From the NCBI RefSeq assembly GCF_009914755.1, contig NC_060927.1: a stretch of 64,000 nucleotides of DNA; one strand, 5' to 3'. The DNA comes from the human T2T-CHM13v2.0 reference genome, Homo sapiens. The notes under the pieces are model-generated. The model was not told the origin of the DNA and did no database searches. It saw only the letters and a program-made list of their open reading frames with translations. Of this stretch, positions 27,561-43,182 are shown one piece after another. Numbering within the stretch: position 1 is the stretch's first letter; every line of letters starts with the position of its first letter. The translations under genes and the position numbers were made by a program.

Positions 27561-28631
27561 TAGGCCACCAATGGATAGTGCCACACCCATGGCTAGGAAC
27601 ACACTCAGGAAATTCCTAGGAAGGCCCCAAGTTTGTACCTCCTGGACACTTTGCACAAGCAGCAGGTAAAGGCTGGGGAGGCTCTGGTGAGCACCGGACT
27701 GGATGTACCCAGTGTGCACACAGAGCCACTGGGTAAAGACCAGGAGGCACACTCATTCCCTGCATGGAGTTCCAGGCACGGAGTTCAAGGAAATCTGTAA
27801 CCGGTCATCAGCTGGCACTGGGCAGAGACTGCCGTGGCCACATACAACAGAGAATGGAGGATGTTTGCAGGATTGGTCCAGAAAAATCACTACGCAAACA
27901 ACAACAAGCAGCAACAGTAAATCCTGGGAAGGGGGGAATCTCATTTCCACACCTGTCACGTTATATACTGTTAAAGGTCTAGTTTTCAACAATAAAAATG
28001 AGACATGCCAAGAAATAAGAAAGTATGGCCCATTAAAAAAAATTAATAGAAACTGTCCCTGAAGGAGGCTAAAACTTTGAATTGGCTGTTTTAAATATGT
28101 TCCAAGAACTTAAGAAACCGTACCGGAAGAAGCAAAGAAAAGTTTCAGAATGATGTCTACTTGAATACAGAGTATCAATATAGAGATGAAAATTATTTTT
28201 AAAAATAACCAAATAGAAATTCACGAGTTCTAAAGTACAAGAGCTGGAATGTAAAATTCCCTAGAAGAGCAAATGGCTGATCTGAGCAGGGAGAATATAA
28301 AGAATTGCTGAACTGAAAGATAAATCAAGAGTGATTATTCAGTATGAAGAACGGAAATGAAAAAGAATAAAGAAAAAGAAACAGGACCTCCGAGAACTAT
28401 GGAAGAATATCAAGCATAACAATATAAATGTTGAAAAGGGGGAAGGCAGAAAGATATTTGAAAAATAATGGGCAAAAACTTTCCTGATTTCATAAAACAT
28501 TAATTTCCACATCCATAGAGCTCCACGAATTCCAAGTAGAGTAAACTCCGAGAGAGCACACCAAGACCTGCCAAGAATCTTAGAAGCAGGAAGAGAGCAG
28601 CAACTCATGATGTACAAGAGATCCTTTAGAG

Positions 28632-28945
28632 CAGGGGTCCCCAACCCCCGTTGGGAACTGGGCCACACAGCAGAAGGTGAGCGGCTCCCGGCGAGCATCA
28701 CTGCCTGATCAGGTTCCCTCTCCTGTCAGATCACCGGCAGCATCAGATCCTCATAGGAGCTCAAACCGTATTGTGAACTGCGCACGCAGGGGATCTAGGT
28801 TGTGTGCTCCTTATGAGAATCTAATGCCTAATGAAGAGGTGGAACAGTTTCATCCCCAAACCAGTGCCTCCCCTCCGCCCCAGTCCATCGAAAAATTGTC
28901 TTCAACAAAACCAGTCTCTGGTGGCAAAAAGGTTGGGGACCACTG
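28632..28945 (+). mobile_element. MER1 (MER1B-like) hAT-Charlie MITE
   Basis: TIRs caggggtccccaacc ... ggttggggaccactg. Confidence 0.9.
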
Positions 28946-30182
28946 CTCTATAAGATTAACAGCTCATTTTTCATCAGAAATAGAAGCCAGAAGGCAACAG
29001 GATGGCATCAAAGTGCTCAAAGAACAAAAGCTGTCACCTAAGAATTCTTAACTAGCAAAATTATCTTTTCAAAGTAAAGGAGAAATTAAGAGATTTTCAG
29101 ATAAACAGACACAGAGCATTCGTCCCCAGCACACCTGCCCTAAAGGAAACACGAAAGGGAGTCTTTAAGGCCGAATTAGGATCCTAGACACTAGCTAGAA
29201 TCCACACAGAGGAAGGAAGAGCATCGGCAAAGGTAACCACCTAGACAGATTTTTTTTTTTAAGTATAAACACATTTTTGTTAGTAACTCTTTTTACTCTT
29301 ATCCAATTTAAAGACAACCACATAAATCAAGTTGGAATTAAGTTGTTATTGATCCAAACACGATTATTATAAACCAAGGTGCTGATTGTAATCCTCAGGG
29401 CAACTGCTAAGAAAAAAAAATATAAAAGAAATAACAAGTGAATAAAAGTGATACACTAGGAAAGATCTACTTAGTACAAAACAATGCAGTAATGGGGAAA
29501 CAGGGAAAAAAGACATTAGACAGACAGAAAACAAATAGCAAAATGGCAGACATAAATCCCATCTTATCAATTATTACATTAAGTATAAATGGATAGGTTG
29601 GAAGTAAAAGGATTTAAATAAATATACCATGCAAACAATAACCAAAAGATAACTGGAGTGGCTTTAATACTATTAATAATATCAGGCAAAACAGACATAA
29701 AAACAAGAATTCTTACTACAGACAAAGAAGGATATTTGATAATGATAAAAGGGTCAATCTATCAAGAAGCTATAACAATTACAAACGTACATATGCCTAA
29801 CAACAAAGCCCCCAAATACATAAAAGTGGCAGAACTGAAGGAAGAAAAAGACAATTCAATAATAATAGTTGGACATACCTCACTTCCAACAATTGATAAT
29901 ACAATTTGACAGAATTTCAACAAAAGAAAGAGGACTTCAACAACATTATAAACCAATTAGATCAAACACATCTATACAAAACACTCCGCGCAACAATAGC
30001 AGAATACTCAATCTTATCAAGTGCACATGGAACATTTTGCAGGCTTGATCTATCTTAGGAAAAATAACTTCAATAATTTAAGACTGAAATCATACAAAAT
30101 ATGTTTTCCAACCACAACAAAATAAAATTAGAAATCAATAACAGAAGGACATTTAGGAAATTTATAAATATGCGGAAATTAA

Positions 30183-30490
<308 letters not shown>

Positions 30491-30989
30491 CATACTCTTA
30501 AATAAGTAATGGGTCAAAGACAAAAATCACAAGATAAATTAGAAATTTCTTTGAGATGAATGAAAATGAAAATACAACATGCCAAGAAATCATGGCATGT
30601 GTTAATGTAGTGCTTAGAGGGAAGTTTATAGCTATAACTATCAATTTCTTTAAAAAGAAATGAACAAATTAATAAATCAATTTTCCACCTTAAGATAAAG
30701 AGGAGCAAACTAAACCCAAAAAAGTAGAAGGCAGGAATTAATATAGATTAGACTGGTAATAAATGAAAGAGAATTGTAAAAAAAAATAAAAAAAAAAAAA
30801 GGCCAGCAAAACCAAAAGTTGGGTCCTTGAAGAGATCGACAAAACTGACAATCCTTTATGTAGACTGATGAAGAAAAAAAGACAGAAGACTCAAATAGTT
30901 AAATTAGGAATGAAAGAGGAAACATTACAACCAAAACTAAACATAACTATAAGAGAATATATGATTAACTGTAAGCCAACAAATTGGAA

Positions 30990-32012
30990 AAGCCACCAGT
31001 CAGAATGGCTATTATTAAAAAGTCAAAAAATAACAGATGCTGGTGAGGTTGTAGACAAAAGGGAATGCTTATACACTGCTTGTGGGAATGTAAATTAGTT
31101 CAGCCATTGTGGAATGCAGTGGAGGTGATTTCTCAAAGAACTTAAAACAGAAGTACCATTCAACCCAGCAATCCCATTATTGGGTGTATACCCAAAGAAA
31201 TATACATCATTCTACCATAAAGACACACGCACAGGTATGTTCATCGCAGCACTATTCACAATAGCAAAGACACAAAATCAGCCTAATGCCTGTCAACAGA
31301 AGACTGAATAAAGAATATGTAGTACATATGCCCATGGAACACTATGCAGCCATGAAAAAACAAGATCATGTCATCTGCAGCAACATGGATGGAACTGGAG
31401 GCCATAATCCTAAACAACCTAATGCAGAAACAGAAACCCAATACCATGTTTCACTTATAAGTGAGAGCCAAACATTGGGTACACATGCATATAAAGAAGG
31501 GAACAACAGACACCAGGGCCTACTTGAGAACAGAGGGTGAGAGGAGAAAGAGGATCAAAAAAACTACCTATCTGGCCAGATGCAGTGGCTCATGCCTGTA
31601 ATCCCAGCACTTTGGGAGGCCGAGGCAAGCAGATTGCTTGAGCTCAGGAGTTGAAGACCAGCTTAGGCAAGATGGTGAAACCCTCTACAAAAAATACAAA
31701 AATTAGCCAGTCATGGTGGAGTGTACCTGTAGTCCCAGCTACTCAGGAGGCTGAGGCAGGTGGCGCTTGAGCGTGGGAGGCGGAGGTTGCAGTGAGCCGA
31801 GATTGCACCACTGCACTCCAGCCTGGGTGGCAGAACAAGACCCTGTCTCAGAAAAAAAACAAAAACAAACAAACAAAATCCAAAAAACTACTTATTGGGT
31901 ACTATGTTTATTACCTGGGTGACAAAATCATCTGTACACCAAACCCCCATGATACCTAATTTATAACAAACCTGCACATGTACCCCTGAACCTAAACGTT
32001 AAAAAATAAATA
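30990..32012 (+). mobile_element. Younger L1 3' fragment (L1P-type) with an internal Alu
   Basis: accagtcagaatggctattattaaaaagtc... through 3'UTR aacaaacctgcacatgtacccctgaacctaaa and an A-rich end. Confidence 0.85.
31574..31881 (+). mobile_element. Alu (J/S-like)
   Basis: Dimer with an (AAAC)-rich tail; flanks aaaaaactac(c/t)tat. Confidence 0.9.
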
Positions 32013-32570
32013 AAGCTAAAAAAATTAGAAAACCTAGATGAAATGTACAAATTCCTAGAAACACAAACTAGTAATACTGACTCGTGAAGAAATAAAAAAT
32101 ATTAATAGATCTACAGATAAAGAGATTGAATTAGTAATCAAAAAACTTCCCACAAAGAAAAGCTTAACACCAGATGGCTTCACTAGAGAAGTCTACCAAG
32201 CATTTAAAAAAAAATAACACAAATCCTTCATAAACTCTCAACAACAAATTGGAGAAGGGAACACTTCCCAACCGCTTGTATGAGACCAGTGTAAAGACAA
32301 CCCAAGAAAGCTACAGACCAATGTGTGTTATGAATACAGACACAAAATCCTCAGCAGAATACTAATAAACTCAAGCCACTAGTACATACAAAGACTTTTA
32401 CAATATAACCAAGTGGGATTTATTTCAGGAATGCAAAGTTGGTTCAATATATGAAAATCAATGTAATACACCAAATTAATAGAATAATGGGGAGAAAACA
32501 TAGCTCAACAGACACAGAAAAAGCATTTGGCAACAACTAACACTCTTTCACGATAAAAACACTTTAAAAA

Positions 32571-32749
32571 GTTAGCTTTGGGTTTCTCATAGATGCCCTT
32601 AGTCAGGATGAGGACATTCCCTTCTATTCCTAGACATTAAGACAAGAATTCTTACCACAGACAAAGAAGGATATTTGATAATGATAAGAGGAATAGAAGG
32701 GAATGTTCTCATCCTGATTAAGGGCATCTGTGAGAAACCCAAAGCTAAC
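32571..32749. repeat. 61-bp inverted repeat whose spacer is copied from 29693-29752
   Basis: 32571-32631 vs reverse complement of 32689-32749: 58/61. 32632-32691 vs 29693-29752: 56/60. Both counted by hand. Confidence 0.92.
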
Positions 32750-33049
32750 AAACTTAGCGAGAGTCTGAAAGTTTTCCCACTAAGATTAGGAACAAGACAA
32801 GAATCCCTGTTTTTGCCAATTCTATTAAACACTGTACCTGAGGTTCTAGCCAGCACAATTCAGCAAGGAAAAGAAATGAGACGTATCCAGCTTGAAAAGG
32901 AAGAAGTAAAATTATCCCTGTTTACAGACGACATAATCTTATACGTAAAAAATCATAAGGGATCCACATACACACAAACTATTACAGCCAGTAAACAAGT
33001 TCAGCAAGGTGTAGGACTGGAGGACGCAGGTCAATACACGAAAGTCAGT

Positions 33050-33660
33050 TTTTTTGTTTTGTTGTTGTTTGGGTTTTTGGGTTGTTTGGTTGTTGTTTTT
33101 TTTTTGTTGTTTTGAGACAGGCTCTCACTCTGTCACCTAGGCAGGAGTGCAGTGGCACGATCATAGCTCATTGCACCCTCAACTTCCTAGGCTCAAGTAA
33201 TCCTCCCACCTCAGCTTCCTGCGTAGCTGGGGCTACAGGTATATTCCACCATGCTCAGCTACTATTTTATTTTTTGTAGACAGGGTCTTGCTATGTTGCC
33301 CAGGCTGGTCTCAAACTCCTGAGCTCAGGTGATCCTCCCGCCTCAGCCTCCTGAGCAGCTGGGACTACAGGCATATTCCACCATGCTTGGCTAGTATTTT
33401 ATTTTTTGTAGACAGGGTCTTGCTATGTTGCCCAGGCTGGTCTCAAACTCCTGAGCTCAGGTGATCCTCCCACCTCAGCCTCCTGAGCAGCTGGGACTGC
33501 AGGTATATGCTATCATGCTTGGCTATAGTTTTTTATTTTTTGTAGAAATGAGGTCTTGCTATGTTGCCCAGGCTGGTCTCAAATTCCTGGGCTCAACTGA
33601 TCCTCCTGCCTCAGCCTCCCAAAGTGCTAGGATTACAGCTGTGAGCCACTGTATCCGGCC
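33050..33660 (-). mobile_element. Four-monomer Alu (AluJ-like) with an internal 132-bp tandem duplication
   Basis: One tail and one 5' end, with two extra hybrid monomers; tttttgtagacagggtcttgctatg recurs at 33271 and 33403. Confidence 0.88.
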
Positions 33661-35489
33661 AGTTTTATTTTTATACACTAATAATGAATAATCTAAAAGT
33701 AAATAAATAAAACAATTGCATTTGCAATAGAAATGCAAGAAATGAAGAAAACTTCAGAACAAATTTAACAAAAGAAGTCCAAAACTTGTACCCTGAAAAC
33801 TATAAAACATTGATCTCCAGGTTTGATACAATCCCTATTCAAATTCCAGTGGTCTTTTTTTTTTTCTTTCTCCCTCCCTCCCTCCCTTCCTTCTTTCTTT
33901 CTTTCTGGAGAAAATGACAAGCTGATTCTAAAATGCAAATGGAAATGCAAGGGAACAGAAAATCCTGAAAAAAAAGAATGAAGTTGGAGAACACAGACTT
34001 CCTAATTTCAAAACTTATTGTAAAACTTGGTATTGGCAAAGAATAGAAATATAGATTAACAGAACAGAACTGAGAGTCTATAAATAAATTCATGCATCTA
34101 TGGCCAATGGATTTCTGACAAAGGTATAAAAACCATTGGATGGGGAAAGAGTAGTGTCTTCAATAAACGGGGCTGGGACAACTGAATATTCACATGCAAA
34201 AGAATGAATTTGAACCCCTACCTCAAACCACATACAAAAACTAACTCAAAATGGCTTAAAGAGTTAAACATAAGAGCTAAAACTACCTAAAACACTTAGA
34301 ATGAAATACAGGTGTAAATCCCAGGGACTTTGGATTAGGCAACAGTTTCTTAGATGTGATATCTGAAGTACAAGCAACCAAAGAAAAAACTGACAAATTG
34401 GATTTCATCAAAATTTGAAAGTTGTGTTTCAAAGAACACTCTCAAGAAAGTAAAGACGATCCACAAAATGTGCAAGTATTTGCCAATCATTATATCTAAT
34501 GAGGGTTTAGTATCCCAAATATATAAAGAATACTTACAATTCAACAATAAAAAGACAATTTAAATGACAAAGGAATTAAACAGACATTTCTCCAAAGACG
34601 TACAATGGCCAATAAGCACATGAAACAATGGTTTCACTTAACATTAAAAGATGCTCAGCTTCATTGTTAGAAAAATGCAAATCAAAACCACAGTAAGATA
34701 CCACCTAACATAATGTTGTCAAGCTTCATCCATGTTGTTACATGAATCAGTACTTCATTCCTTTTTACAGCTGGGTAATATTCAATTACATGGACATATC
34801 ATATTTTGCTTACCCACTAATGAGTGACAGACATTTGGGTTATTTCCACTTTGGGGCTATTATAAATAATACTCCTATGACTATTCATGTGCAAGTCTTT
34901 GTGTGAATATAAGTTTTCTGTTCTACTGAACTGTACATTTAAAAGGGGTGAATTTTATGGTATGAACTTTATATCACAATAAAAAAATTATGAATCATTT
35001 ATGAGATAATATTAAAGCAAGCACACTTATACTCCCACTAAGTTCAAGAAGCAAAGCATGACCAGCCTCTCCACTCTGAGCCCCTCTCTGATAACAACTC
35101 ATTCCTCCCCACCCGAGGTGATATTAGCCTCACTCTGGGGATGACCATTCCTCGATCTGTTTTATTTTTTCTTTAGTTTTACAATGTGTGCAGCCCTAAG
35201 TGTTACAGCTGAGTTTGGCCTACTTTGCGATTTAGATCAACAAAGTAACACTCCACGGATTCTTTTCATGTCCAGTTTCTTTCAGTTGACATTAGATTTC
35301 TGAGATTCAGCCATGCTGCCGAATCTATTTTATTGCTGTAGAAAACTGAACTGTATGACTGCCCCACAATCTCTTCATCTATTCTACAATCAATAAACCA
35401 CCTCAGCCTCCTTTCCTTTCCAAAATGAAAATAACTGGATTATTTTCCCAATTACAAAAGTGACACGTGTTAATAAAAAATATAATTTA

Positions 35490-35875
<386 letters not shown>

Positions 35876-37595
35876 CTAGTGTATATCCTTCCAATGTTTA
35901 CCCACACAGACACAGGCCCACACACTCACTGTTTTTTTTAATCCATGTTCTAGATCCTGGATTTTATTTGATAGAAAGTATACATCTCTGGCCCGTGTTC
36001 AGTAAAATGTCTACATGCCTGCTTGTCATCCTTGCTTGTCAATCACAGTTTCAGGTAAGGAATGAGGTGGTAGGCTTATGCCTCCCAACTGCTGGTAAAA
36101 CATTTTCCCAAGGAATTTATGGATTCAGGAGGAGCTGACGGAAGAACTGAACAGGGATGTGTGCCCCACACTGTGCCTTGCAGCAGGGAGAAGCTGAGAG
36201 TCATGGCGCCTCTTGCCTCCTCCGTGCTTCCTTCTCAGGGGCCTGAATGGAGCAGGTGATGAGTTAGCAAAGGAGCCGCCGGCCTGGGCGACTGTGATGT
36301 GCAGTGGGGACAGGGCACAGGGAGGCATCTCGAGTTGGCGGCACCCTCGGTGGCAGGAACGGTGCCCCTCATCCAGCCCAGAGAACCTGGGCCCAGGCGG
36401 CACCGGTGTGGCTCCAAGAGGCAATAAACAGAGATGGGAACTGCCTACTCCCACCTGCCTCCCACCTCCCTGAAGGACCTGCAGGGGCCCAATGCCAGGG
36501 GCAGAAAATGCCTCCCTCTCACCACACCAGGCCCCTCCAACTCTCCACCCCACTCCCACAGGCAGGAATGGCCACTCTCCTGGCTAGGCAAGGCCACTGC
36601 TGCATCCCTTAGGTCCTAACAGCAGAACCCATTCCACCTTCCTCATGACCTTCTCGTCCTCAACCTTCCAGCCTGACCCCTCAGGCCAGACCAGCCATTT
36701 TCTTTAAATTCCTATCACATCCTCTGTAGCAATGCTGGTAAAACTGAGCCAGGCTCACACTGGAAGCCTGGAGATCATGGAGAGACAGCTAGTGGAGAAG
36801 AAAGGAGAGGAGGAGGACTTGGACCCTGCCCACACTGGGAGGAACCCGTACCACACAGAGCTGAGCTATCGGCCGGCTCTCCAGGCCCCACTCTGCTTCT
36901 CTGGGTGGAAGCCCCAGAACCATGAGGAGGAAGGATGCTTGGCAGAACAGGGTGGGGATCATGGGGTCCCTGCAATGCCAGATCCCTAATCTTTTCAAAA
37001 AATAACAGACACAGCTACCGATGACCTATGCAGTATGCCTTTACCTCCTTTAATCCTTACGGGACTGTGGGAAGGCTAGACTATTAACGATCACTTTACG
37101 CAGAAGAGGAAACAGAGAATTAAAAGAGCACCAGAAAGGCCAGTGTCTCCCCTAGGCCTGGGACCCTACCAGGGTCCTCTCAAGGGGTCGCACCTACAAG
37201 GAACCCCTCTCTCCTGCCTCCTCAGTTTCTCCCCTCTACCTCTGTGGGATCATCTGATGAGAACAGAAACTTGCTCTAGGATCTGCCTCTATAAACCCAG
37301 CCTTGACGTCAAGCTATCTCTCACTTCATTCCCCTCCTCCTCTTCATGGCAAAACTATACAAAGAATCATGCCCACAGTGTGTTCTCACCTCCCCTCCTC
37401 TTCTCCTGATGCAAACTGTTCTTGCCAAGGCCAGTGGTCACCCGAGCAATGCTACAGGCACCCAGACGCCCAAGGCTTATGGACAAGAACAAAGAGAGGT
37501 GGTTAACTTTTCCCAGCTCCCTCTGCCAGAAAGGCAGGGCTTGGATGTCCTGAGCAACCAGGGAAGTGGACAGCCAGAAAAAAATTTGAACCTAA

Positions 37596-37625
37596 ATCAG
37601 GGATTTAAACTCCTTAAGGTAAGGG

Positions 37626-37667
<42 letters not shown>

Positions 37668-37722
37668 TCAGGGATTTAAATTCCTTAAGGGTAAGGGACA
37701 CACACACACACACACACACACA
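37596..37722. repeat. Tandem duplication of a ~30-bp unique segment plus (CA)n
   Basis: atcagggatttaaa(c/t)tccttaagg(g)taaggga followed by (CA)n, at 37596 and 37667. Confidence 0.9.
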
Positions 37723-38004
37723 ATAGAAAGCAAAAACCAAAGGGGAAAAATGATTAATTTAGCTACATCAAAGTTTAAATATTCTGTAGGACAAAACTTC
37801 TAAATAAAATTTAAAAGCAAGCAAAAGCCTAGGAGAAAATAGTTGGACCCAATACAAGAGACAAAGGATAAGTGTGCAAAAAGAATGAAGAACTCCTACA
37901 GAGAAAACCATGGAGAAACTGACACAGGATGGGAACAAGAGCTCAGCTGGAGAAACACAAAGGCAGCCTAGACAGCCACCTGAGAAGAGGTTAGGGAAAT
38001 AAAA

Positions 38005-40070
<2,066 letters not shown>

Positions 40071-40723
40071 AATGAACCTGGTGTGATGCACCTCACCTCA
40101 CCACCACTAGGGCAAGGGGTGGGGAGAAGGGCCTGGAACACAGCCACAGGGCTCTGGGTCTGCCTCTGCCAGAGGCAACTGGGCAGTGACCACTCCAGGC
40201 CACACATCCTCACTCAGCCACAGTCTTGGTGAGTCACTCACACGCGTGCCTGAGGAGGTTAACCCAAGAGTGCGCAGCCACTGTGCTTGGTGACAGCAAA
40301 CACCAGAGCGGCAGGTGCTGGCGCAGCCCTGATCCGTGATTCATGCTGGGAACACGTGTGCAGCTGTACCTAGAGAGCCCCAGCCCTGGTCCACCCTCAC
40401 TGTGCCTGCACATGGTGCCAGAGGAAGGCCTGGCCAGGGTGACCCGGGAGCAGGGCCCAGCTGGTGTCAGCACCACACCTGCTCTGTGCCCCTTGCAGGG
40501 TGGGGGATCTCACAGCTGTGGACATGGCCAAAGGCCCCTCAGCTCCACCTGAATGTTGGAGTGTTTGCAAGGAGAACATGCTCCAATGTCCCTGTGTCAC
40601 TGACAGCTCGTGCAGATGAACAACCAAGCACAGGCTGGAGGAGGCTCCTGTGGGAAAGTGGGCTGTGGGCCAGGAAACCTCTAATCCCAGAGCCCCAGGG
40701 AGGAGCCAAGATGCCAGAAGATG

Positions 40724-40880
40724 CCAGTGGAGGCATTGCCTCCAAGGTCCCCACAGAGGACATTGGGCAATGTCTGCACATGGTTTTGGTTGTCCCGACA
40801 GGGGGTGATACAGGACAGCCCCCCAAAACAAAGAACTGCCCCACCCCAAATGTCAGTAGTGTGGAGGCCGAGAAACCCTG
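40724..40880 (+). mobile_element. MER20 (hAT), internally deleted
   Basis: ggacattgggcaatgtctg...acaggacagcccccc...gaggccgagaaaccctg. Confidence 0.75.
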
Positions 40881-41349
40881 CTATGGGGCAGTGGTCAGAG
40901 ACCCTTGTGCCTTGAAAGGGGCTAGGCTGGGCAGGACAGGTTGTGGACCACCTGGGGCCACAGTTCAGAGCCACGCCTGAGTCTGTGAGGCTGCCCACCC
41001 TCCCAGCTGCCAGCATGGGGTTGGGGGGTATCCGCCCCCATCAGACTGAGGAGGAAACGGACACTCTGTCACCCAGAAGCATCCCTGTGTCACCCTGTGA
41101 GGTTGGCCTTGGACCCAGGCCTCTAGGCGCCCCGTCAGCACCCCAGTGCGAACACATCCTGCCCGGGGACCTGGACCCAGCAGCTCACACAGACCAGGGC
41201 TCGCCCAAAGGCAGGCAGGCAGGCAGGGCCACTGCTGACCACGCACCTGGCTGGTCGTGATTCTGGAACTAATGGTTTCTGCCTGGCAGGGAGGCCGCCA
41301 GGACCTCTGGGCTTCACCCCTCCCCACCTTCACAGGGGACCTCGCCTCA

Positions 41350-41520
41350 GTGGGAATGTTCTGGAGCCGGAACCCAAGGTTGGAATCCCAGCTCCTCCCC
41401 TTTCTAGGTCTGTGACCTTGGAAAAATTAAACTTTCTGTACCTCTGTTGCCTAATCTGTGAAATGGGGTAATACTACCTACTGTGTAGGGCTGTGAAGAT
41501 TAAATGGAGTCATGCATTAT
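41350..41520 (+). mobile_element. MIR
   Basis: tgtgaccttggaaaaatta...tctgtgaaatggggtaata...gaagattaaatg. Confidence 0.78.
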
Positions 41521-41569
41521 CATCACAGGGCACCTGGCCCATCCTCAACCCCAGTTCAGACTCCTCAAA

Positions 41570-41750
41570 GCCCTAAGGTTTCAGATCAATGGTCAGAACC
41601 ACGAGGAGGACCTGCTAAAGACAAGTATGGGGACCCACCCCCAAGGTTTAGGATTTAGAAGGTCAGGGTGGGGCTGGGGAACCCGCATTTCTAGCAGATC
41701 TCAGGAAAGGCAGTGCTGCTGGTCCTGGGACCACAGTTTGAAAACCACTG
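41570..41750 (-). mobile_element. MER5A (hAT)
   Basis: Ends gctgctggtcctgggaccacagtttgaaaaccactg. Confidence 0.75.
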
Positions 41751-41999
41751 GTGTAAAAAAAGCCTTCTAAAAAAAAGTGGGATTTGATCACTAAAGTCAT
41801 ATGGAAAAAACTGGAAGAAAGAGGAAAAAATAAACAAATAAATAATGGGATTTTAAAGAGACCTATCCCACCGGCTCTCCTGGATGGAGAGAGTGTGGGA
41901 CTCTGAGACAGACTCCCGGCTGGGCACCCCCAGGAGGTTTTCTTCACCAGAGGTTTGCACCGAGCCCACCCAGGACAGTGGGCTGAGCCTGTGGTAGAG

Positions 42000-42900
42000 G
42001 CTGGCGGGAGGTCTGGCTGAGGCAGCGAGGGGTCCCTGCGCGCGGGCGCTGCAGGAGTCACGCGTGTGACATCCAACCAGGAGCCGTGCCCTGAGCAGGC
42101 CAGGAAGGAGGAGACAGGGCCGCTGAATGCACACCGCAGCGGTGTGGGGAGCGGCCTCAGACACCTAAGGGTAGGACCGGCCCGCTCCCCCGCGACCCCC
42201 AGCGCCTGGGTTCTCTCCCGGCCTCCCCGAGGCGTGGCCTACCCCAGGCATGGCCCCACCCCGCCCCAGGCCGCCCCTCCGACCCCTCGTGTTTACCTCA
42301 TCTCCCGCGCGCCTTTCCCCCACCGAGTCCCCCAAATCCCGGTCCCCACCTGACTCCCCCTCCCGCCGAGCCCCCAGGGCCCGGCGCCCGGCTCACTCGC
42401 CTCCCGCGCACCCACTCCCGGGCGCCCTCTCCCGCGCGCCTCCCCGACCCCCCTTGGGCCCCAGCTGACCCCACCTTCCGCCCCAACCCCGCCCGGAACA
42501 GGGCCGCGCTTACCGGGTCCCCTCCCAGGCGGCGGCGGAAAAGAGGCGGGCGGAGGACGCAGGGGCGGGCCTGCGGCTCAGGCAGGAAGCGGGAAGGCCG
42601 GGCCTCCCTGGCCCCGCCCCGGCCGGGCGGCCGGACCTCGGACGACTTGGCGCTCCGGGACAGCAGCAGACGCCCAAGCTCCGGCAGCGCAGAGCCCCGC
42701 CGGGGGCCCGGGGGGCTGGGAGCCGGGGATCGCGGGGACGGAAGTGGGGGACCGAGTCTCGCGAGCCCGGGCCCTCCTCGCAGCTGGGGCCCCACTGGCG
42801 CCCCCGCGGGAGCGCTACGGGAGAGGCGCCCATGCGGCTGCAGGTTTTATTATGGAGCTGTCAAGGTAGAAAGGTACGGAGAACGGGAACCCACCGACAG
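42000..42900 (-). promoter_or_regulatory. SLC41A3: CpG-island promoter of SLC41A3
   Basis: The only long CpG-dense tract in the window. GC boxes (ggggcgggc ~42562, gccccgcccc ~42611) and an ETS-type cggaagtg at 42739-42746. Lies upstream of the ATG exon on the minus strand. Confidence 0.9.
42514..42600 (-). other. SLC41A3: Probable non-coding first exon of SLC41A3 (5' end approximate)
   Basis: Strong donor CCG|gtaagc at 42514 inside the island; a second possible donor CGA|gtgagc at 42397. Confidence 0.72.
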
Positions 42901-43182
42901 CCAACTTCCCTTGGGACCCGCCTTTTGCTTTAAAAACAACAACGACAAGTCTGTGCTTCACCCCACACATGCCTTTCGTTTTCCCTTTTTTCCCAGAGTA
43001 ATTTTAAAGCATCCCAGTGGATAAATTCTCCTTTAAATACTCGAGTATGTTTAATCAGTAAGGCCTATTTTTTTAAACATTCTCATAGTATTACGGTCAC
43101 ACCTAACGAAATTGGCAATTCCCAGTCCGGGCCTGAGGGAGGCCTGATGGTTCACAAGACTTGGTAAAATATATCATTATAT

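Noticed and set aside
40336-40980. 214-aa ORF
   Set aside because: Non-ATG start, crosses a MER20, no family resemblance.
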